Positions 57,513-64,000 of a stretch of DNA of 64,000 bases are shown piece after piece. How positions within the stretch are numbered: the first letter of the stretch is position 1; each line of letters starts with the position of its first letter. The notes under the pieces were generated by a model. That model had not been told where the DNA came from. It ran no database searches and saw nothing but the letters and a program-made list of their open reading frames with translations. Source of the stretch: an uncultured Bdellovibrionales bacterium (GTDB taxonomy: Bacteria > Patescibacteriota > Minisyncoccia > Moranbacterales > UBA1568); the NCBI GenBank assembly GCA_964530135.1, contig CAZGXN010000005.1, positions 2,269 to 66,268 of the forward strand, read 5' to 3'. Both the position numbers and the translations under genes were made by a program.

Positions 57513-58956
57513 TTCCTAAGCCGATATACCAGAGTACGGCAAACATTGTGCCCGTGTCGAGCCCTGACAGGCTGGCCCCAGGCAAAATCGCCAATCCCTC
57601 AGTGAGACGAATGATCATGGTCAACGGAAGCCAACTGAGCAGTCCACACAAAAATCCCAGGCTAGGGAAAATAGCTACGAGAGCAAGCATAGCAATACCG
57701 ACAAACATCGCGACCGGTACGAGCGGGAGGATCAGGGCGTTTGCCAATGGCGCGATGATCGAGAATGTACCAAAATTCGAGGTAAGTACCGGTAGCGTAA
57801 AGAGTTCAATAATCAGTGTTGTAAGGAACAGTGCTGATACCGCACCATACCAATGCCGAAAAAAATCAAAGGTTTCATATGCACGGACAAAAACCAACAA
57901 TGCTGCTGTCGCCAGGAAAGAGAGTTGAAATCCGACATCATATCGGATAAGGAGTGGATTCAGAACGAGCATGAGAACCCCCGCGATGAGAAGGCCATTC
58001 CATGAAGCAGCCGGCCGGCCGGCGAAATAGGCGCCGAAAGCCAGCCATGCCATGAATGCGGCGCGCAACGATGCTGCTGATCCATCGATGATGAGAAGGA
58101 AGCCTGCAAGTCCAATAATGGCCAGCCCGACAGCCCAGCGCCGCCACAGTCCCAGGATAAGCGCGAGGATAACAATCCCTTCAGCCACCACGCTCATATT
58201 GTAGCCTGACACGGCAACGATATGCGACAATCCGGCTCGAGCGAAGGCATTTTTCATTTCAGGTGTGAGCCTATCACTGCCACCGATCAGGAGCCCTGTC
58301 AGCAAGCCCGCCTCTGGTTCAGGAAGAAGGCGTATAATCGCCTCACGAAATCCTGACTGAATGCCCGCCAATTGCTGGCGAAAACTATACCCTCCGCTTG
58401 AGAGCCAAACGGATTGTCCTCCCCACTCACAGGTGTAGCCTATATCTCGGCTCGCGAGCAGCAAACGATAATCAAAGCCTGGCTCAAAATTCTTTGGCCG
58501 TGTGAGTGCACACCGAAAGTCCAACCTTTCACCAGCTACCCTATCAAAATCGACCGGAGCGCGATAGAGAATATCCCCGCCGTGCCAATCCCCTACCGGC
58601 CGTAGTGTTACTGGACGATACAAACCCCGTATCTCACCACGCTCAATAATTTCTACCGGACCAGAAAAATCTACTGTCTCAGGAAGCGTTTGCCAGTGTA
58701 TCAATTCGCGAGTATACAAAAATATTCCGCTCCATACGGTTAATAGTATCGCTACAGTACCGGTGGCATTGGCCCACTTCCGATCTATGCTGATATACGC
58801 GATACCCAATGCTGAAAACAGAAGCGCCAAAACACGGGCGTCCTCACCCATCCAAGCCGCTATCCCCATGCCCGCCAGGAAACCAATAGCTGCCCGGGTT
58901 ATCAATAGTGATATATCCATCTGTACACTGTTTTTCGGCTCACTCATACAACACAT
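57454..58956 (-). CDS. comEC: ComEC/Rec2 membrane channel domain (DUF4131 + Competence domain)
   Basis: Polytopic membrane protein with ARAGLSHIVAVSGYNMSV Competence-domain signature. Overlaps the MBL ORF by about 59 bp in another frame. Confidence 0.8.
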   Translation of the reverse strand: MCCMSEPKNSVQMDISLLITRAAIGFLAGMGIAAWMGEDARVLALLFSALGIAYISIDRKWANATGTVAILLTVWSGIFLYTRELIHWQTLPETVDFSGPVEIIERGEIRGLYRPVTLRPVGDWHGGDILYRAPVDFDRVAGERLDFRCALTRPKNFEPGFDYRLLLASRDIGYTCEWGGQSVWLSSGGYSFRQQLAGIQSGFREAIIRLLPEPEAGLLTGLLIGGSDRLTPEMKNAFARAGLSHIVAVSGYNMSVVAEGIVILALILGLWRRWAVGLAIIGLAGFLLIIDGSAASLRAAFMAWLAFGAYFAGRPAASWNGLLIAGVLMLVLNPLLIRYDVGFQLSFLATAALLVFVRAYETFDFFRHWYGAVSALFLTTLIIELFTLPVLTSNFGTFSIIAPLANALILPLVPVAMFVGIAMLALVAIFPSLGFLCGLLSWLPLTMIIRLTEGLAILPGASLSGLDTGTMFAVLWYIGLGIAVFGFEQLRQRYVLGVDH

Positions 58957-59149
58957 TTAAAATGTCTGCACTCTAGCCTCCTCTCTTTTTTAATTCTTGC
59001 ACACAGAAAATGAGCCTTTAGCTCCTCGCTATCTGAAAATATGTCGCCGGATTTATCCGTAATACGCTTTTCCCCGATGTGCCAAAAAACTATCCACAAC
59101 CGTGTTAGCCATATTATTTTTGCGCTATTTCCCTCAGATCTATAGCGGT

Positions 59150-59599
59150 TTAATCAAATTTTTCCAAGGCCCGACGGAAACCGCGGGCGCTGCCAAATGA
59201 TTGATAGACACTCGCGAAACGGATATATGCTACCTCATCGACATCCTTCAGTTTATCCAAAACAATCGTTCCGATATCACGGCTCGCAATCTGATTCTTC
59301 TTTGCTTTCTCCGCGATCGTATATTCAATAGCCCCGAGTAACTTTTCCAGTCGGTCTTCAGGCATGGGCCGCTTCTCGAAGGCTTTGCGCAATCCGGTCT
59401 CTATTTTTTTCCGATCATAGGGCTGGTGTTGACCATCCTTCTTCACCACTGAGACACGGAAAAGCTCGGCTTGTTCGTATGTCGAAAACCGCGCCTGGCA
59501 TGACAGACATTCACGCCGACGACGGACAACCCGGCCTTCCAAAGTTTCCCGCGAATCGGTCACTTTCGATTCTGGATGATTGCAGAATGGACAGCGCAT
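59150..59599 (-). CDS. nrdR: transcriptional repressor NrdR
   Basis: MRCPFCNHPESKVTDSR...CLSC zinc ribbon plus ATP-cone. Confidence 0.9.
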   Translation of the reverse strand: MRCPFCNHPESKVTDSRETLEGRVVRRRRECLSCQARFSTYEQAELFRVSVVKKDGQHQPYDRKKIETGLRKAFEKRPMPEDRLEKLLGAIEYTIAEKAKKNQIASRDIGTIVLDKLKDVDEVAYIRFASVYQSFGSARGFRRALEKFD

Positions 59600-59681
59600 A
59601 AAACAGAAAACAACCTGTTCCTCACTCTAGCAAATTGGTACCAAAAGAAAAAGCGCCCTCCTGATGGGGCGCTGTAACTCT

Positions 59682-60950
59682 TTATTTCTTCATCTTGCGG
59701 CGGATGAAGGCCGGGATCTCCAGATCCTCTTCCTCGACAATATCCTTGGACTCCTGGCGAAGACTGAAATTTTTCGGCTGAATTTTTTCTTCGATAATAA
59801 GCGGGGTGGGTTCGATCCGGCGCGAGGTGAATGTCATCAATTCGTCTGTCGACTCTTCAACCGGCGGCTCCTGCGGCTCTTCCCGACGATAGACTTGGCT
59901 CTGATGCTGTGTTTGCGTCAGCTGGCCAATGGTCGGACTGGCCTTGGCTCGGCTCACCAAACCAATTGGCATCTCCTGGATCTTGCCCGAATCAAAACCC
60001 GTTGCTACAACAGTAATTTGGATATCGCCCTTTCGGATCTGTTCGTCTACAACCGCTCCAAAGATAACTTTTGCGTTCGGATCGATATTTTCCGTAATGA
60101 TATTCGCTGCCTCATTGATCTCGAGCATACCGACATCAGTCGAACCCGAAATATTAAAGAGTACGCCCTTGGCCCCGTCGATAGAAAGTTCAAGGAGTGG
60201 TGAATTGATGGCTGCCCGAGCCGCTTCCACGGCGCGGTTCTCACCGCTGGCGATACCGATACCCATGAGTGCTGAACCTGAGTCCTGCATAATCGCGCGC
60301 ACATCAGCAAAGTCGACATTGACAATACCAGGGCGCGTAATGAGGTCCGAGATACCCTGCACACCCTGCCGCAGCACATCGTCAACAATTCGGAACGCCG
60401 AGATAAGAGTCGTTTTACGGTCGATAATCGAGAGAAGCTTGTCGTTCGGAATCGTAATAAGTGTGTCGACGCGATCCTTCAAATTATTCAGTGCCTCATC
60501 AGCAATCGCCCGTCGCTGCGATCCTTCAAAAGCGAAGGGGCGAGTAACAACACCTACGGTGAGCGCGCCGAGTTCCTTTGCCGTTTCAGCGACGATCGGA
60601 GCAGCACCTGAACCCGTTCCACCACCGAGTCCACAGGTTACAAACACCATATCCGCACCCTTCAACACCTCTTGAATCTCATCACGGTTTTCTTCCGCAG
60701 CCTGACGACCAATTTCTGGATTCATGCCAGCACCAAGCCCCTTGGTGAGATTCTTTCCGATATGGATCTTTTCCTGAGCGCGGCTGTGATGCAATGCTTG
60801 AGCATCCGTGTTGATGGCAACGAACTCGACGCCCTTGATTTTGGCATCAATCATTCGTGAAATAGCATTACCACCAGAACCACCGACACCGACCACTTTG
60901 ATTTTAGCAAATGTCTCGATATCAGGTTTGATCTCTGCCATACGGCTCAT
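59682..60950 (-). CDS. ftsZ: cell division protein FtsZ
   Basis: GGGTGSG tubulin signature in [17 protein letters not shown]. Confidence 0.95.
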   Translation of the reverse strand: MSRMAEIKPDIETFAKIKVVGVGGSGGNAISRMIDAKIKGVEFVAINTDAQALHHSRAQEKIHIGKNLTKGLGAGMNPEIGRQAAEENRDEIQEVLKGADMVFVTCGLGGGTGSGAAPIVAETAKELGALTVGVVTRPFAFEGSQRRAIADEALNNLKDRVDTLITIPNDKLLSIIDRKTTLISAFRIVDDVLRQGVQGISDLITRPGIVNVDFADVRAIMQDSGSALMGIGIASGENRAVEAARAAINSPLLELSIDGAKGVLFNISGSTDVGMLEINEAANIITENIDPNAKVIFGAVVDEQIRKGDIQITVVATGFDSGKIQEMPIGLVSRAKASPTIGQLTQTQHQSQVYRREEPQEPPVEESTDELMTFTSRRIEPTPLIIEEKIQPKNFSLRQESKDIVEEEDLEIPAFIRRKMKK

Positions 60951-61070
60951 CTATACAATCGTCGAATTATGACATCCAGCAAACGCCTCAGGCTGACACA
61001 GCACACCCAGAGCGGTATCGCTTGATGAACCACTCTATCATGAGGAAAGTAACCGTGTCAAGAACGAGTT

Positions 61071-62339
61071 TTAGGGCAGAAATCGACGGAAAAGTCCCTT
61101 TGCCTTACCAGCGATAGACCCCCAATCTCCAGGTAATGTATCCAAAAAATTAGCCCGACCACCAAATGAAAAACGCTCATGCCTATTTCCCTCTTCGAGC
61201 GAGAGGAGGAGCAGGCCAACGACAGTTGCAGAAGCTGGTCCATCGATATGATCAAGAATACCGCCTAAAGGTTTCGGATAGCCGATTTGTGCTGGAAGAC
61301 GGAGGTGTCGCTTGGCGAGCTCAACCGCTCCTGGCATCAAAACTCCACCACCTGTGAGAACGACACCTGCCGGCAGGAGAGCTTCGCGATTGATCGCCTT
61401 CAATTCAAGATTCACATGATGAAAAATTTCTTCCATTCGAGCTTCGATGATCTCGGCGACATGATGCCGCGAGATTTCATCATTCTCCTGCGAATCAAAT
61501 TGACTCAGATCAATCGCCTCTTTCTTACCAACCTCAGAAGGAATCGCATGTCCATACTGAACCTTTACAGCTTCAGCCACATCAATCGAGGTACGCAATC
61601 CGATAGCGATGTCATTCGTCACATGACTTCCCCCGACAGGGAGGACAGCGAGATGGAGGAGATCGCCATCCTCAAAAACTGCCAGGGATGTCGTATTGGC
61701 ACCAATGTTAACCAACACAACTCCGAGCTCTTTTTGTTTAGGGGTCAAAATTGCCTCGGCCGAAGCGAGTGGCTCAGCGATAAAATGATGGACTGAAATA
61801 CCCGCAAGCTCCAGACTACGAATCAGATTCTTCAAATGATTGCTCCCCGTCCCAATCACCAGAGAAGAAAGTTCAAGCCGGACCCCACGGAGCCCGATTG
61901 GATCCTTGATGCCCCCCTGGTCGTCAAGCCGATAGTGCTGTGGAACAACATGCAGGATTTCCTTGTTCGGGGCCAAAATGGCTCGCGCCTGGGTTTCTTC
62001 GACTATCCGAACGAGATCATCCTCGGTTACCTCACCATCCGCCTTGCCGACTGCAATAACACCGATGGCCGATTGGGAAAAGAGATCTGATCCGGAAACT
62101 GAACATGCCGCAACATCAACCGTTGCGCCGGCCATGCGCTCGGCAGCTTCCAGTGCTGCATTGATAGATTTCGCCACTTCCTCTGGCTGGACGACCAGAC
62201 CTCGCCGAATACCGACTGAGGGGACAGCGCCAACCCCAACCACTTTCAGTGGTCCGTCATCGCGCGGTAATTCAGCAATAACGGCTCGGACGGTCGCCGA
62301 TCCGATATCAAGGCCAAGGGTATAATGTGATTTCGCCAT
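61071..62339 (-). CDS. ftsA: cell division protein FtsA
   Basis: LGLDIGSATVRAVIAE actin-fold start and FtsA core. Start trimmed to MAKSHY. Confidence 0.88.
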   Translation of the reverse strand: MAKSHYTLGLDIGSATVRAVIAELPRDDGPLKVVGVGAVPSVGIRRGLVVQPEEVAKSINAALEAAERMAGATVDVAACSVSGSDLFSQSAIGVIAVGKADGEVTEDDLVRIVEETQARAILAPNKEILHVVPQHYRLDDQGGIKDPIGLRGVRLELSSLVIGTGSNHLKNLIRSLELAGISVHHFIAEPLASAEAILTPKQKELGVVLVNIGANTTSLAVFEDGDLLHLAVLPVGGSHVTNDIAIGLRTSIDVAEAVKVQYGHAIPSEVGKKEAIDLSQFDSQENDEISRHHVAEIIEARMEEIFHHVNLELKAINREALLPAGVVLTGGGVLMPGAVELAKRHLRLPAQIGYPKPLGGILDHIDGPASATVVGLLLLSLEEGNRHERFSFGGRANFLDTLPGDWGSIAGKAKGLFRRFLP

Positions 62340-62433
62340 AGGGAGTACGGAGCGCCAAAAGATAGGAGCGAAGGATGCCCGCTCATGCGCCTTATTATAC
62401 CGCAAGAGAAACATGCCTGCCACTCAAGGCGGA

Positions 62434-62781
62434 CTAGAAGATGAAAGGAAGAAAAATCAATGCTCCAATAATCGCCGCACCAATCGCTACAATAAGCACT
62501 GATCCGGCGACCAAGTCCTTGATCACTTTCACATACGGATGAACTCGTGGCTTCGTCATATCGAGCATACGCTCAAATGAAGTATTCACAAGTTCCAATG
62601 AAAGAACCATGACCGTGATGAGGGTAAGCACTGCTCGCTCACTAGACGAAAGCGGAAAATACCAAGCGAAAAATGCTGTTACCAAGGCGACAGCAAGCTC
62701 AATGTGAAAATTACGCTCCTCTCGAAGCGCATACGCAATACCAGAAAATGCGTGACGGAAACTTCGGAAAAACCCATGCAT
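62434..62781 (-). CDS. dgkA: diacylglycerol/undecaprenol kinase (DgkA family)
   Basis: Three-TM 115-aa protein with NFHIELAVA and SLELVNTSFE motifs. Confidence 0.8.
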   Translation of the reverse strand: MHGFFRSFRHAFSGIAYALREERNFHIELAVALVTAFFAWYFPLSSSERAVLTLITVMVLSLELVNTSFERMLDMTKPRVHPYVKVIKDLVAGSVLIVAIGAAIIGALIFLPFIF

Positions 62782-62786
62782 ACGCC

Positions 62787-63275
62787 TTATTTTTTTTCCT
62801 CTTTTCTCATGTGCTCAAGCGGAGCGAGTATCTCAGTAACGGCATCCTGAATCGCAAACATCTGCGCTTCGTGATTAAAACCGACCAAGTGGAGCACACC
62901 ATGCGAGAATACATATGTAAACTCACGTTTCCATGATACACCATCCTCCACAGCCGAACGAGCAATGAAAGCTGGCGACAAGACAATCTGACCAAGGTCG
63001 ATCGCTCCCGACTTTGGCACAGAACGGAGCGCCGACAGTCCCTCGAAACGGCCAAAGGAGAGAATATCGGTCGGCTTCGCCTGCTTCCGATACATGCCAT
63101 TCAGTTTCGTGATCTCAGCATCTGACACGCAGGCGACATCGATGACGACTGTACGGTCGGCTCCAAAAACATGTGGGAACGAACGCGTGAGCGTTTCACG
63201 GATTACGCTTCGCAGAAAGAAAAGAGAAAGCCCGTGTAGGGCCTCCTCTCCCCGGATGGTCATCCGGATTCGCAT
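62787..63275 (-). CDS. ybeY: rRNA maturation endoribonuclease YbeY
   Basis: HGVLHLVGFNHE zinc-binding H3xH5xH motif. Confidence 0.85.
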   Translation of the reverse strand: MRIRMTIRGEEALHGLSLFFLRSVIRETLTRSFPHVFGADRTVVIDVACVSDAEITKLNGMYRKQAKPTDILSFGRFEGLSALRSVPKSGAIDLGQIVLSPAFIARSAVEDGVSWKREFTYVFSHGVLHLVGFNHEAQMFAIQDAVTEILAPLEHMRKEEKK

Positions 63276-63276
63276 A

Positions 63277-63729
63277 CTAATTCAGTTTCGCTAGAACAAT
63301 TTCACGAACCATACTGCCATCTGCGGCACCGCCAGTTTCCTTCATGACTGCGCCCATGACGCGACCTATGTCCTTGCTGGTGACTTCAGGCATCGTGGCC
63401 ACAACCCGATCGACGATCTCCGCAACTGCTTCGCGGGAAAGCTGTTCCGGAAGATAACCTTCGATCAGGGCGAGCTCAGCAGCTTCCTTCTCCGCGAGAT
63501 CCTCGCGACCCGCCGCACGATACTGCTCGATCGAATCTTTACGCTGTTTCACAAGCCGCTTCACAACATCCTGGACTTCACTATCGACGAATGCTGTAAC
63601 GGGCTTCCGCGCCTCAATGGCGGCGTTCTTCAGCGCGCTCTGAAGGAAGCGCAGCGTGTCGCGCTTCATGGTTTCCCCCGCCTTCATGGCGGCCTTCAGT
63701 TCATCGCCGATCTGAGTGATAAGAGACAT
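63277..63729 (-). CDS. GatB/YqeY domain protein
   Basis: LKAAMKAGETMKRDTLRFLQSALKNAAIEARK typical of the YqeY family. Confidence 0.72.
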   Translation of the reverse strand: MSLITQIGDELKAAMKAGETMKRDTLRFLQSALKNAAIEARKPVTAFVDSEVQDVVKRLVKQRKDSIEQYRAAGREDLAEKEAAELALIEGYLPEQLSREAVAEIVDRVVATMPEVTSKDIGRVMGAVMKETGGAADGSMVREIVLAKLN

Positions 63730-63879
63730 AGGTGTGTTTTTACAGAGGCTTTGAAGATTTGGATGGGCCACGCGAAACTTCCGAGCAGTGAGCGAAGCGT
63801 ATCAGAGGCATACGTTGAGCGAAGAGCACAGGAAGTGACAGAGTGGACCGCCAAATCTAAAAAGCTTAGCGAATCTTCT

Positions 63880-64000
63880 TCTTGATGTCACGGAGTGCAT
63901 CATCATCAAACTTCCCGAGTTTCTTCAGGCGATTGATTTCTTTACGGATTTTCACTTTGTAGAGAGCTTCATTCCGTCGCTTCGGACGGCTTTTTTCTTC
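63880..64000 (-). CDS. 3' end of an unidentified basic protein (…RRNEALYKVKIRKEINRLKKLGKFDDDALRDIKKKIR), 5'-truncated by window edge
   Basis: Open reading frame running off the window. No family recognised. Confidence 0.25.

Noticed and set aside
1-64000. CRISPR arrays, rRNA genes, transposases or integrases
   Set aside because: No regularly spaced direct repeats, no rRNA-like conserved stretches and no DDE/tyrosine-recombinase-like ORFs were found. The only mobile-element hint is the tRNA-Glu 3'-end repeat together with the GIY-YIG gene.

Overview
This is a 64-kb window from a compact, gene-dense bacterial chromosome, coded mostly on the minus strand. Several traits point to a reduced Patescibacteria/CPR-like genome, though that is inference only. 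These are tRNAs without an encoded CCA, L31 and RpoA with unusual lysine-rich tails, a long NDK, many GT-C/GT4/GT2 glycosyltransferases, and minimal lower glycolysis. The recognisable core includes a ribosomal/alpha-operon fragment (infA-rpmJ-rpsM-rpsK-rpsD-rpoA-rplQ, joined directly to rplM-rpsI), uppS plus a polyprenyl synthase, rpsB-tsf, rpmE-prfA-prmC, and a tRNA-Thr/Tyr/Thr-rpmG-tRNA-Trp cluster. It also includes cell-wall and division genes (mreB, murA, murD, ftsQ-like, holB, ftsA, ftsZ), gap-fba-tpiA-galT, ndk, a two-part comEC, nrdR, dgkA, ybeY and yqeY. The most unusual locus is a seven-gene minus-strand operon at about 25.0-34.35 kb. It encodes a 580-aa charged soluble protein, a 991-aa protein with a LysM-like motif and glycine-zipper membrane segments, and two small acidic proteins. 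It also encodes an 831-aa membrane-anchored HerA/FtsK/VirB4-VirD4-like P-loop ATPase, a HIT hydrolase and a 195-aa unknown. A ~60-bp remnant copy of the ATPase 3' coding end lies beside the HIT gene. I interpret this as a candidate uncharacterised DNA/protein translocation (type-IV-secretion-like) module. Other notable signals are (i) rpmG-tRNA-Trp followed by a GIY-YIG nuclease, tRNA-Glu with an 18-bp direct repeat of its 3' end, and a PolB-exo-like nuclease where secE-nusG would be expected; (ii) a 37-bp perfect palindrome embedding TTGACA on both strands next to ndk; (iii) a 680-bp ORF-free AT-rich region with a CRP/FNR-type TGTGA-N6-TCACA site, a second palindrome, a near-consensus sigma70 promoter and a strongly SD-preceded 30-aa poly-lysine micro-ORF. 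No rRNA, CRISPR array or recognisable transposase was seen.
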